Below are positions 41,152 to 50,097 of a stretch of DNA of 60,910 nucleotides, in pieces. Position 1 is the stretch's first letter, and each line of letters begins with the position of its first letter. This stretch comes from Candidatus Omnitrophota bacterium. GTDB taxonomy: Bacteria; Omnitrophota; Gorgyraeia; Zapsychrales; Zapsychraceae. The DNA is taken from NCBI GenBank assembly GCA_021108075.1, contig JAIORP010000096.1, positions 1 through 60,910 on the forward strand, written 5' to 3'. The position numbers were made by a program, and so were the translations under genes. The notes below the pieces were generated by a model. It worked only from the letters and a program-made list of their open reading frames with translations. It was not told where the DNA came from and searched no databases.

Positions 41152-42033
41152 ATGTTAAAGAAAATTTTTTCTCACATTCATGATTCCTTTCGTCGTGAAG
41201 GTCACGCTAAGTCTTTTTCAAAGTCGGTGGCCCTGGTCCTTTTTTTCCTGTTTTGTGTCGGGTGCTGCAGTATTAATCCGGTGACAAGAATGGAACAGAA
41301 AATGATTTTCCACCCCGATAAGACATTGGACCGTTCTCCTGAGGATATCGGTCTTTTCTATGAAGACATCTTTTTTTATACCAAAGACAAGATTCAATTA
41401 AATGGATGGTTTATCCCCGCAGAGCAAGCGGAGAAGACGGTCTTATTTTTTCACGGCAATGCGGGAAATATTTCCCATCGTTTAGAAATCATTGATTTTT
41501 TTCACCGCCTGAACATGAATGTTTTTATTATTGATTATCGCGGCTATGGTAAAAGCGCGGGGAATCCTTCTGAGAAAGGCCTATACAAAGACGCAAGGGC
41601 CAGTTATGACTATTTGATACATCGTCCGGATATTGACCCGGAGAAGATCATTGTGTACGGGAAATCGCTCGGTGGTGTTGCCGCGATTGATTTAGCCGCA
41701 AACATTCGTGTTTCCGGCCTGATCGTCGACTCTTGTTTGACATCTGCTAAGATGATGGCTGCAAGAATGGCTCCAGGGATCCCATCTTTTCTTTTAACGG
41801 CGCGGCTGGATTCTATTAATAAGATCCAGAGTGTTCTTTGTCCTAAACTATTTATTCACAGCCCGCAGGATGAGGTTATCCCGTATCAGATGGGCCGCGA
41901 GCTTTATGAGAAAGCTCAAGCCCCTAAGAAGTTTTTAAAGATCCACGGGGGGCATAATGATGGCTTTCACATATCTGGAACTGAGATTCAACGAGAAGTA
42001 AAAGCTCTGCTGAATCAAGTGGATCGGGAATAA
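41152..42033 (+). CDS. Alpha/beta hydrolase (BEM46/ABHD13-like)
   Basis: FFHGNAGNI, DYRGYGKS, YGKSLGG, GGHND. Confidence 0.88.
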   Translation: MLKKIFSHIHDSFRREGHAKSFSKSVALVLFFLFCVGCCSINPVTRMEQKMIFHPDKTLDRSPEDIGLFYEDIFFYTKDKIQLNGWFIPAEQAEKTVLFFHGNAGNISHRLEIIDFFHRLNMNVFIIDYRGYGKSAGNPSEKGLYKDARASYDYLIHRPDIDPEKIIVYGKSLGGVAAIDLAANIRVSGLIVDSCLTSAKMMAARMAPGIPSFLLTARLDSINKIQSVLCPKLFIHSPQDEVIPYQMGRELYEKAQAPKKFLKIHGGHNDGFHISGTEIQREVKALLNQVDRE

Positions 42034-42079
42034 TATTAATTAACCCGGAAAGTCTAAAAAAGAAAGCTAAGGTCCAGAT

Positions 42080-42493
42080 ATGCAATTGTGCAGCGCTTGT
42101 TTGTTGGGAATCTGTTGTCGATATGATGGTAAGAGCAAACCGAATAAGAAGGTGTTAAGCCTGCTGAAAGAAGATGTTCTTATTCCTGTTTGTCCGGAGC
42201 AGTTAGCTGGTTTGCCGATCCCCCGGGGGCCTTTTGAAAGAAAAGATGAACAGGTTTTTCATCAGGATGGAACAGATTTTACGGCTGAATTCAAACGCGG
42301 GGCTAAAGAAGTTTTAAAGATCGCCCAATTATATGATATTAAAAAAGCGATATTTAAACAGCGCAGTCCTTCCTGCGGTTGTGGCCAGATATATGATGGC
42401 CGATTTACGGGGACGGTTATTAAAGGCGACGGCATCACGACTCAATTGCTAAAGCAGCATGGAATGGAAGTGTGTATGGAAGAAGATATTTGA
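42080..42493 (+). CDS. DUF523 / 2-thiouracil desulfurase family protein
   Basis: SACLLG..CRYDG, PVCPE..GLPIPR, SPSCG. Confidence 0.88.
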   Translation: MQLCSACLLGICCRYDGKSKPNKKVLSLLKEDVLIPVCPEQLAGLPIPRGPFERKDEQVFHQDGTDFTAEFKRGAKEVLKIAQLYDIKKAIFKQRSPSCGCGQIYDGRFTGTVIKGDGITTQLLKQHGMEVCMEEDI

Positions 42494-42531
42494 TCCGTTG
42501 TGATGGGCCGTGTTATAATCTCGGGTAACAA

Positions 42532-42613
42532 TACCAAATCCATGAATGAAGTGTTCTATTTCAATTCTGATATTTTCGCTAAAACGCCGAGAAAAATAGA
42601 ATCGGTTTTGGTA
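42532..42613 (+). mobile_element. MITE family 1 variant (internal addition, ends at the internal TIR-like site)
   Basis: TACCAAATCCATGAATG ... GAATCGGTTTTGGTA. Confidence 0.75.
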
Positions 42614-42634
42614 TAATTATTTTAATACAACGCG

Positions 42635-43336
42635 ATGAAAAAAAATCAGACATTAAAAACGAGTGAAGTTCAGAAGACAATCTGGCAGCTGCACTTAAGG
42701 ATCAGTGACCGCTTTCCGAATTCTTCTCTCGTTCAGGCAGCCAAGCAGTTGCACGGGATAGCGAAAGAAACAGACAAGATTATCTCCTGGATCTCTTCGC
42801 CTAATTATTTATTAAGAATAGGGATCTATAGCCTCATCATTATCGTGGCCCTTGTTTTGGGTTTATCTGTATCGCAGATGAATTTTGCAGTCAGGAATAT
42901 AACGTTCATTGATTTTATTCAAGTATCCGAATCCGCTTTAAATGAAATGGTCTTTATTGTCGCCGGGATGATATTTTTAGTCACACTTGAAAACCGGCGG
43001 AAGAGGAAACGTGTTATATCATCGATTAATAATTTAAGAAGCATTGCCCATTATGTTGACGCCCTACAGCTGACAAAAGACCCCGACGCCTGCATTCAAA
43101 TATCCAAACCAACCCGGAATTCTCCTCATCGTGACCTGAATGCGTACGACCTTGGCCGATATTTAGATTATTGTTCTGAATTGTTGTCTTTAATCAGCAA
43201 ATTAGGTTTTTTGTATGTGCAAAGTTTTGAAGATCCTATCGCGAATGAGGCGTCGAATGATCTGGAGAGCTTAACAACGGGTTTATCCGGTAAAATTTGG
43301 CAGAAAATTATGATCCTTCGCTCGAAGGAATCATGA
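42635..43336 (+). CDS. Conserved-looking two-TM hypothetical protein
   Basis: RISDRFP, LRSIAH...QLTKDP, RYLDYCSELLSL, KIWQKIMI. Confidence 0.75.
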   Translation: MKKNQTLKTSEVQKTIWQLHLRISDRFPNSSLVQAAKQLHGIAKETDKIISWISSPNYLLRIGIYSLIIIVALVLGLSVSQMNFAVRNITFIDFIQVSESALNEMVFIVAGMIFLVTLENRRKRKRVISSINNLRSIAHYVDALQLTKDPDACIQISKPTRNSPHRDLNAYDLGRYLDYCSELLSLISKLGFLYVQSFEDPIANEASNDLESLTTGLSGKIWQKIMILRSKES

Positions 43337-43616
43337 TGGACGTCGTGGTTGGTTTTTCGTTAAGGGCGCGTTGCCGCAAATAAAAGGATAATGTGTTTGA
43401 ATGAATTTTTTAGTTCCATCGGAATCCTCGGGTGATCTTCCTGGCTGATTGCCTTTCATCTCGTATTAAACAGCCTTTGTTTGGCGTTCCCTTAAGAAAC
43501 AACGGATGAGAGAACAGCTATCTTTTGGCGCTGTTTTCGGAAGATGGTCATGAATGATTGTGGACTGATTCGTTATTTGAAATATCCTCAAAGATTGAAT
43601 GGGGATGGATTTATAA

Positions 43617-43696
43617 TACCAAATCCATTAATAAATTGTTCTATCTTAATTCTGAAAAGCAGAATTGGTTTTGGTCATTATTTAATGGAATTGGTA
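43617..43696 (+). mobile_element. MITE family 1 (80 bp, consensus-like)
   Basis: TIRs TACCAAATCCATTAA / TTAATGGAATTGGTA, TAA direct repeats. Confidence 0.95.
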
Positions 43697-43739
43697 TAAC
43701 CGGTGGAATGCGTCAGCTGGATCCCTATAAGGATTTCCT

Positions 43740-44561
43740 ATGAAAAATTATAATAAAAATAAAGGCATAAAATTTTCTGATGTCGCTAGATATTATGAAG
43801 AAACGTCGTTGGTCCAGAATGAAGCGGGTGCGATATTATTTGATTTGGTTGATGTTCAACCGCATGACTGCGTTTTAGACCTGGGTTGCGGTCCAGGGCA
43901 TTTAACCGCTAAGATCGCACAGCGAACAACACGCAAAGTGCTGGGCTATGACCGTTCAGAGGGCATGGTTCGAAAAGCTCAAGAAAAATACGGCGGGGAA
44001 CGCATGGAATTTTATTTGCGCGATGTTGAAGAGATGACAGATCAAGAGCGTTTCGGTCTTATTTTTTGTAATTCAGCTTTTCATTGGTTTAAGGATTCCA
44101 AAAAAGCGCTGGCATACTGTTATCGTAGCCTTAAAAAAAATGGACGAATCGGGATACAGGCCCCGGGTAGCCGTGATTATTCTCCCCAGTTTATACGCGC
44201 GGTCAACAGCATTCGTAACAATCCTAAAACAAGGGAAATTTTTCGTCATTTTCGGTCTCCATGGGTGTTCTTTGATTGTGCTGAAGATTATCAGAAATTA
44301 TTTGAGTCCGTCGGGTTTAATGTTCATTATTGTGAAATTCGGACGTTGCGTGCGGTATATTCATTGGATAAAATATATGATATTTTCTGTTCGGGTGCTG
44401 CTGTGGGGTATTTAAACCATCAGCATTATAATGTTCCGATTGATGAGCAATATCCGCGTGATGTTTTAGCCGTCTTCAAGCAATCGATTCAAGAACAGGC
44501 TGAGGGGCAGGATTGTTTAACGCTTTGTTTTAACCGGATTTATTTATTAGCCATAAAATGA
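43740..44561 (+). CDS. Class I SAM-dependent methyltransferase (Tam-like)
   Basis: VLDLGCGPG, IFCNSAFHW, LKKNG. Confidence 0.88.
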   Translation: MKNYNKNKGIKFSDVARYYEETSLVQNEAGAILFDLVDVQPHDCVLDLGCGPGHLTAKIAQRTTRKVLGYDRSEGMVRKAQEKYGGERMEFYLRDVEEMTDQERFGLIFCNSAFHWFKDSKKALAYCYRSLKKNGRIGIQAPGSRDYSPQFIRAVNSIRNNPKTREIFRHFRSPWVFFDCAEDYQKLFESVGFNVHYCEIRTLRAVYSLDKIYDIFCSGAAVGYLNHQHYNVPIDEQYPRDVLAVFKQSIQEQAEGQDCLTLCFNRIYLLAIK

Positions 44562-44662
44562 CAGCGCTTTTTAAGGTTCGGGAGTATAATATTTTGATAC
44601 TGTTGCTTTAACGCGCGGGTTTAGATGGGCATTGTGGGGAGATAGAAAAAAAGGAGGTTCAG

Positions 44663-45112
44663 ATGCATTTAGCCGGTGCTGGGCGCAGATTTTTAGCTTT
44701 TCTTGTTGATATGTTTTTAATCGGGATCATTGTTTTTGCTATTTGTTTTCGGTTTTTCGGTTTAGATGTTGTTTTTAAAGAGTATCAGGAAAATCGAAGC
44801 AATGTGGATTGTCATATGCGTTTTGAACTTTCCAAACAAATGGTGAACCTTGTCTCTTACGTTATCTGGCTTGTCTTGTCGTGTTTTATGGATTGTTCTA
44901 AGTATCAGGGCACGCCGGGTAAAAGAATGTTGAACATCAGGGTTGTGACCGGACATAGCGAGAGGATTTCTTTCGGGCAGTCTATTATCCGTAATTTTTT
45001 TAAACTTTTTTCTACGGCGTTTTTCGGGTTGGGTCTTTTGTCCATTAGTTTTTCTAAAGATCAACAGGGCTGGCATGATATGATCAGCAAGTGTTTTGTG
45101 ATCCGCGATTAA
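44663..45112 (+). CDS. RDD-family membrane protein
   Basis: RRFLAFLVD, TPGKRMLNIRV, QGWHDMIS; AGGAGG RBS. Confidence 0.9.
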   Translation: MHLAGAGRRFLAFLVDMFLIGIIVFAICFRFFGLDVVFKEYQENRSNVDCHMRFELSKQMVNLVSYVIWLVLSCFMDCSKYQGTPGKRMLNIRVVTGHSERISFGQSIIRNFFKLFSTAFFGLGLLSISFSKDQQGWHDMISKCFVIRD

Positions 45113-45203
45113 TCCATCTGCAAGGAACATTTTGACATTCCGGAGATTGTCGGTTATACTTTTAAAAGTTAAGATCTTAAAAATATTATTTACGGTAAAC
45201 ATA

Positions 45204-45275
45204 ATGAAATTAAAAGGATCAATACACAATTTAACCGTCGTCCATGTCGTAGGTCTCGGTCTGTGTTTGCCGTAA
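45204..45275 (+). CDS. Putative leader peptide 1 (MKLKGSIHNLTVVHVVGLGLCLP)
   Basis: 23-codon ORF with clustered Val/Leu codons just before a terminator hairpin upstream of ilvB. Confidence 0.55.
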   Translation: MKLKGSIHNLTVVHVVGLGLCLP

Positions 45276-45294
45276 GGTATGGAATTGGTTTTTC

Positions 45295-45332
45295 AGCCCC
45301 TGTCGGTGGAGACACTGACAGGGGCTTTTTTT
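45295..45332 (+). terminator. Attenuator/terminator hairpin 1
   Basis: AGCCCCTGTCGGTG-GAGA-CACTGACAGGGGCT followed by a T tract. Confidence 0.88.
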
Positions 45333-45376
45333 ATGAATATTTTATCAACCGCGGTACGTCACAAAGGAATCATAGA

Positions 45377-45544
45377 ATGAAAAGGATCAAAACGAATAGA
45401 AAAATGGATTCGACCCGCGCATATGCTCTAAGGCCGGAGCAATGTTTTTATCTGCAATTATTTGTTTTAGTCGTCGTCTTAGTCGTTGTCGCCTTTTCTC
45501 CGCCCTGGGGTCTGATCTCATGTGTTGCCCCTGTCGGCGGTTAG
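45377..45544 (+). CDS. Putative leader peptide 2 containing LFVLVVVLVVV
   Basis: Dense run of Val/Leu codons at about 45458-45490; AAGGA upstream of the ATG; start uncertain. Confidence 0.6.
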   Translation: MKRIKTNRKMDSTRAYALRPEQCFYLQLFVLVVVLVVVAFSPPWGLISCVAPVGG

Positions 45545-45563
45545 GCCGGTAGGGGCTTTTTTT
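45527..45563 (+). terminator. Attenuator/terminator hairpin 2
   Basis: GCCCCTGTCGGC-GGTTAG-GCCGGTAGGGGC followed by T7. Confidence 0.85.
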
Positions 45564-45669
45564 ATGCCGGCCGTTTGAAGCATCCAATCGCAGAGCAATA
45601 AAAAAGTTTTTTAAAATAAGAGATGAAATATTAAAAAAGATGGACAAAACTCGAAAAAGGAAAGACATC

Positions 45670-47373
45670 ATGAAAAAGAATGGAGCAGAAATCATCATTA
45701 GTTTTTTAGAATTTTACGGGATCAGGACAATCGTCGGTATTCCGGGCGGAGCGAACTTGCCGATATACGATGCCCTGCACAAGAGCCGGCTGCGGCACAT
45801 TCTTGCCCGTCACGAACAGGGCGCTGGATTCATCGCGCAGGGAATGGCGCGTTCAACAGGGGAACCCGCTGTTTGTCTGGCAACGTCAGGTCCTGGCGCG
45901 ACAAATTTATTGACCGCTATCGCGGACGCGTATATGGATTCGGTTCCCGTTATCGCGATTACGGGGCAAGTTCCGACCAGTCTGAGCGGGACCATGGCCT
46001 TTCAGGAAGTGGATACGAACAATGTGTTTAAACCGGTCACGAAAAAAAGTTATTACGCCCGCAATGCGCGGGAGTTGATCGAAATTTTGCCGCAAGCGTT
46101 CCGTATCGCTAAACACGGCCGACCAGGACCGGTGCTGATCGACGTTCCTAAAGATGTTCAGTTAGCCCGAACAGTTTGTCCCGAATGGAGAGAGTTTGAA
46201 CAGCCGGAACAGCTCCGGCCCCGCGTCCTTGATCAGCAAATCATCGACCAGATTTCTGAACAGATCAATCTCTCCCGGAAACCGGTTTGTTATATCGGCG
46301 GGGGTATTATCCATGCTGGCGCCGGTCATGTCCTGGATGATTTTATTCAGAAAACGCATATTCCCTTAACATCAACTCTGATGGGATTAGGTGCCTTCCC
46401 GACGCGTGATGCTCATTGTATCGGTATGTTGGGGATGCATGGCAAAGCCTATACAAATAGGATTATGCGGGAGGCGGATTTGCTGATCGCCTTAGGGGCG
46501 CGTTTTGATGATCGCGCGACGGGCAAGGTCCAGGAGTTTTGTCCGCAGGCAAAAATTATCCATATAGACATAGATCCAAAGGAGATCAACAAAATCAAGC
46601 CGGCTGATTGGTCGATAACGGCAGATGTCAAGCAGGCCTTGGAAGGTCTCATCCCCCGGGTGGTTGAAAACGATAGAAGACAGTGGTGGGATCGGGTTGA
46701 AAGCATAAAAAGGAACACGGCCAGTATTCCATCTTATCAGGATAAAGCGCACGCGGTTCAATATATTCAGGCGATTGGTTTGATGAGCGGCCCTGAAGCG
46801 ATCATAACAACAGATGTGGGGCAGCATCAAATGTGGGTGGCCCAGGCTTATCCGTTTCAGCATCCGCGCACATTGCTCACATCAGGAGGATTGGGTACGA
46901 TGGGGTTTGGTTTGCCGGCAGCCATTGGCGCGGCTTTGGCGCATCCGCATAAAAAGGTTATTTGTTTTACAGGGGATGGGTCTTTATTGATGAATATTCA
47001 GGAACTGGCCACCTTAGCAGAGTTGAATCTTAATGTGACCATTGTTCTTATGAACAATGACGCGTTAGGTCTGGTGCGCCAGCAGCAGGAACTGTTCTAT
47101 CAGAAAAATTATTGCGCGACTCATTTTCTTCAAGGCCCGGACTTCGCGGCCATTGCGCAAAATTTTGGCATCAAAGGCGTTGATTTAGGTGAAGCTTGTA
47201 ACAAGCAAGAAACTTTGGCAGAAAGTTTACGCACGGATGGACCCTGTTTGATCAATATTCCCATTGATGCTCAAGATAATGTGTGGCCGATTGTTCCAGG
47301 CGGCAAAGGAAACGGGTCGATGCTTTTTGAGTCCGAGGATCAAAATCATCATCTCATTAGAAATGACCGCTGA
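45670..47373 (+). CDS. ilvB: Acetolactate synthase large subunit
   Basis: GIPGGANLPIYDAL, RHEQGAG, TSGPGATN, GARFDDRATG, DVGQHQMW, SGGLGTMGFG, GDGS TPP motif. Confidence 0.93.
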   Translation: MKKNGAEIIISFLEFYGIRTIVGIPGGANLPIYDALHKSRLRHILARHEQGAGFIAQGMARSTGEPAVCLATSGPGATNLLTAIADAYMDSVPVIAITGQVPTSLSGTMAFQEVDTNNVFKPVTKKSYYARNARELIEILPQAFRIAKHGRPGPVLIDVPKDVQLARTVCPEWREFEQPEQLRPRVLDQQIIDQISEQINLSRKPVCYIGGGIIHAGAGHVLDDFIQKTHIPLTSTLMGLGAFPTRDAHCIGMLGMHGKAYTNRIMREADLLIALGARFDDRATGKVQEFCPQAKIIHIDIDPKEINKIKPADWSITADVKQALEGLIPRVVENDRRQWWDRVESIKRNTASIPSYQDKAHAVQYIQAIGLMSGPEAIITTDVGQHQMWVAQAYPFQHPRTLLTSGGLGTMGFGLPAAIGAALAHPHKKVICFTGDGSLLMNIQELATLAELNLNVTIVLMNNDALGLVRQQQELFYQKNYCATHFLQGPDFAAIAQNFGIKGVDLGEACNKQETLAESLRTDGPCLINIPIDAQDNVWPIVPGGKGNGSMLFESEDQNHHLIRNDR

Positions 47374-47614
47374 CATCCGCTTGACGTTCCAGATAGACAT
47401 CGATTAGAATAAAATCGTCTACTCAGGATGCTATTTAAGAGCCGGTAGCTTATCGCTTCGCAAACCTTAAATAGGGATAATTTGTGAGAAATAAGGTGTA
47501 AATGAGCTGTTATGTGATAAATTATGAATGATCATTAAAATGACGCAGTCTTTTGACGATCGGTGATAAGGTGACTGGAGGGTACGCAAAGATTCCGCGC
47601 TTAAGCCGTGTTGA

Positions 47615-47694
47615 TACCAAATCCATTAATAAATTGTTCTATTTTAATTCTGAAAAGCAGAATTGGTGTTGGTCATTATTTAATGGAATTGGTA
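47615..47694 (+). mobile_element. MITE family 1 (80 bp)
   Basis: Both TIRs, TGA direct repeats. Confidence 0.93.
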
Positions 47695-47740
47695 TGATTA
47701 TGGGAAATGAAGTAAACTCGAAACAATGAGGAGGAAACAA

Positions 47741-47907
47741 ATGGGTATCATTAAAATTATTGTCTCAATTTTCTTGCCACCACTGGCAGCATTTTTGCAG
47801 GTCGGTGTCACAAAACATTTTTGGATTAATATCCTGCTGACACTGTTGGGGGGCTTCCAGGTATCATCCATGCCCTGTGGCTCGTCCTTACGGACCAAAA
47901 AGCATGA
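47741..47907 (+). pseudogene. YqaE/Pmp3-family small membrane protein, frameshifted in a G6 run (47848-47853)
   Basis: IFLPPLA...FWINILLTLLG, then PGIIHALW in the shifted frame; GAGGAGG RBS. Confidence 0.85.
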
Positions 47908-48039
47908 AGGTCGAGAGGGATGTGTTTAACCATTGCGGCCATTTCCAGCCGTATTTGCCGAAAAATACCAGGAGATCCTGTTTGTTATTTTTTGATTTAT
48001 TGATGGTCTAAAAATGATTTCGATGAACGTTTTAATGGA

Positions 48040-48075
48040 GTGAATTCCTCTGAGCTCTGTTGCGAGGAGATTCAC
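48040..48075. repeat. Family-3 hairpin repeat
   Basis: GTGAATTCCTC-TGAGCTCTGTTGC-GAGGAGATTCAC, near-identical to 40545-40581. Confidence 0.75.
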
Positions 48076-48093
48076 TGTGAATAATCTGTCTTT

Positions 48094-49407
48094 ATGCCTG
48101 TTGATCAACCACAATTAGTCATCGCCGACAATAACGGCCAGATTTATACGATTCCTTTTTTAGAAGCGGTCGGGATGAAGGGCGGGGTGTGTTTCCGGCT
48201 GAGCGATAGGGATTTAATCAAATTACCTCACGGCAGTCAGATGTTTATGCTGCCCCAACGCCCACCGGTTTGTTATGACCCTGAAGCAGCTGAATATGTG
48301 GCTCTGGACTTTAATCCGTTAAAGAAAGAAAACGAACCATGCTGGGCTGTCGCCGCTTTTGCCGCGCCCGGTTACACGATCACGTACAACAGCGCGTATC
48401 AGTTGCCGAAAAAGAATAAGAAAAAATGGCTGCCGTTGTTTGCCTATGGCGCTGTCGTGTGTTATAAAGAAGATTTTTATGTAACCGCTGTTCGCGTCGA
48501 CTGGGAAAGGCGTCAAGACCCGCGTTACATGGACCTCGGTTTGATGAAAAAAAATATCAAGGCGTTCCTCAAATCGTTCCCGCGAAACCGCTTGATCAAG
48601 CATCTCGAAAATTGCGCTTTAGTGAACTGTTGCCCTGCGGCCAAAAATTTTTTTTTACAACGTTATGAAGGACCCTTGCCGACGTCGCCGAAATGCAATT
48701 CACAGTGCCTGGGTTGCATTTCTTACCAGCCGGAAGATAAATGCCCGGTCACCCAACCAAGGATTACGTTCATTCCGACACCGGAAGAAATTGCTGAAAC
48801 AGCGTTGTACCACATTGATCATGTGGCTGATCCGGTGGTCAGTTTTGGGCAGGGGTGTGAAGGCGAGCCGCTTCTCGTCGCCGATAAAATTGAGCGGGCG
48901 ATCCGTCTGATCCGTAAAAAGACGGCCAGGGGGATTATTAATTTGAACACCAATGCCAGCCGTCCGGAATCTGTCGCCCGTTTGTGTGACGCGGGATTGG
49001 ATAGCATTCGCGTGAGCCTCAACAGTTTTCGCAAGAAATATTATGACCTGTATTATCAACCGCATGGTTATGACCTGCAGGATGTCTTGAGTTCGATCCA
49101 TCAGGTCAAAAGGCGTAAGAAATTTGTTTCTTTGAACTATTTAACCATGCCGGGCTTCACGGATGATTATGATGAGTATTCGACTTTAAAAGATTTTATG
49201 GACGTCCTGAATATTGATATGATCCAATGGCGCAACTTGAATTTTGATCCCTTGATGTACTTTGAGCTGCTGCACTTCAGTCCAGATTCGCAAAAAATGC
49301 TGGGGATCGATAATCTGATCCATTCCATCCATCGTCAATACCCGCACATCATGAAGGGGTATTTTAATCCGTCCCGCCGAAGAATGCGGAGGTTTTTTCA
49401 ACAATAA
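48094..49407 (+). CDS. Radical SAM protein (uncharacterised family)
   Basis: PTSPKCNSQCLGCIS CxxxCxxC, SFGQGCEGEPL, NLNTNAS, IRVSLNS. Confidence 0.88.
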   Translation: MPVDQPQLVIADNNGQIYTIPFLEAVGMKGGVCFRLSDRDLIKLPHGSQMFMLPQRPPVCYDPEAAEYVALDFNPLKKENEPCWAVAAFAAPGYTITYNSAYQLPKKNKKKWLPLFAYGAVVCYKEDFYVTAVRVDWERRQDPRYMDLGLMKKNIKAFLKSFPRNRLIKHLENCALVNCCPAAKNFFLQRYEGPLPTSPKCNSQCLGCISYQPEDKCPVTQPRITFIPTPEEIAETALYHIDHVADPVVSFGQGCEGEPLLVADKIERAIRLIRKKTARGIINLNTNASRPESVARLCDAGLDSIRVSLNSFRKKYYDLYYQPHGYDLQDVLSSIHQVKRRKKFVSLNYLTMPGFTDDYDEYSTLKDFMDVLNIDMIQWRNLNFDPLMYFELLHFSPDSQKMLGIDNLIHSIHRQYPHIMKGYFNPSRRRMRRFFQQ

Positions 49408-49419
49408 TCCATAAGCATT

Positions 49420-49977
49420 TTAGGCCGGATACACGGTTGCCTTCGCGACTTTATCCCGGGTTTCTTTATCGGTCAGTTGTTCAATAATGGCGAGCCCGAA
49501 TTCAAAAGCTGTTCCGGCTCCCTGGCTGGTGATGATATGCCCGTCGATAATGACTGGCGCGGACTTAAAGCGTATTTTATCCGTAAAGGCCTTTTCAGCG
49601 CCAGGAAAACATGTTGCGTCACGGTTATCCAGGATCCCCTGCGGGGCCAGAACCCTGGCCGGGGCCGCACAGATTGCGGCGATGATTTTTTGCTGGGCGT
49701 GCATTTTTAATAATAAAGAATTTAACGCGGCAGAGTCTGCCAGGTTTTGTGCCCCGGGCATACCTCCCGGCAGGATAATGGCATCATAGTCCGGGCAGTC
49801 TCGCTTAAAAATGATATCTGTTTCGATCCTGATTTGTCCGTGTGAACCTCTGATTTGTTTTGAACCAAGACCGGCGACGGTCACATCAATTCGGGCGCGG
49901 CGGAGCAAATCAATCGGGGTGATCGCTTCAATGTCCTCAAATCCTTCGGCTAAGATGACCAATGCTTTTTTTGTCAT
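49420..49977 (-). CDS. DJ-1/PfpI family protein (YajL/ThiJ-like)
   Basis: GFEDIEA, LPGGMPGA, AAICAAP, ITSQGAGT. Confidence 0.92.
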   Translation of the reverse strand: MTKKALVILAEGFEDIEAITPIDLLRRARIDVTVAGLGSKQIRGSHGQIRIETDIIFKRDCPDYDAIILPGGMPGAQNLADSAALNSLLLKMHAQQKIIAAICAAPARVLAPQGILDNRDATCFPGAEKAFTDKIRFKSAPVIIDGHIITSQGAGTAFEFGLAIIEQLTDKETRDKVAKATVYPA

Positions 49978-50097
49978 GATGATTTCCTTTTTTAAATTGA
50001 ATATTTCTATTCGAAAATAAATTTTTGAAATATAATAGTTAAAATATAATTAATATTTATATTAATACCATCTATCATATATTAAAAAGTTAAATCA

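Noticed and set aside
43558-43743. Recurring peptide TKSINKLFYLNSEKQNWFWSLFNGIGI in several short ORFs (43558, 59624, 21566, 57079, 106, N-terminus of 53603)
   Set aside because: It is a translation of the MITE, not a protein family; element plus duplication is 83 bp, so it would not preserve frame on insertion.
47575-47612. GGGTACGCAAAGATTCCGCGCTTAAG resembles part of a c-di-GMP-I riboswitch
   Set aside because: The 5' GGCAAACC/GNRA stem is missing and the 3' half would be replaced by the MITE; cannot be supported without a covariance search.
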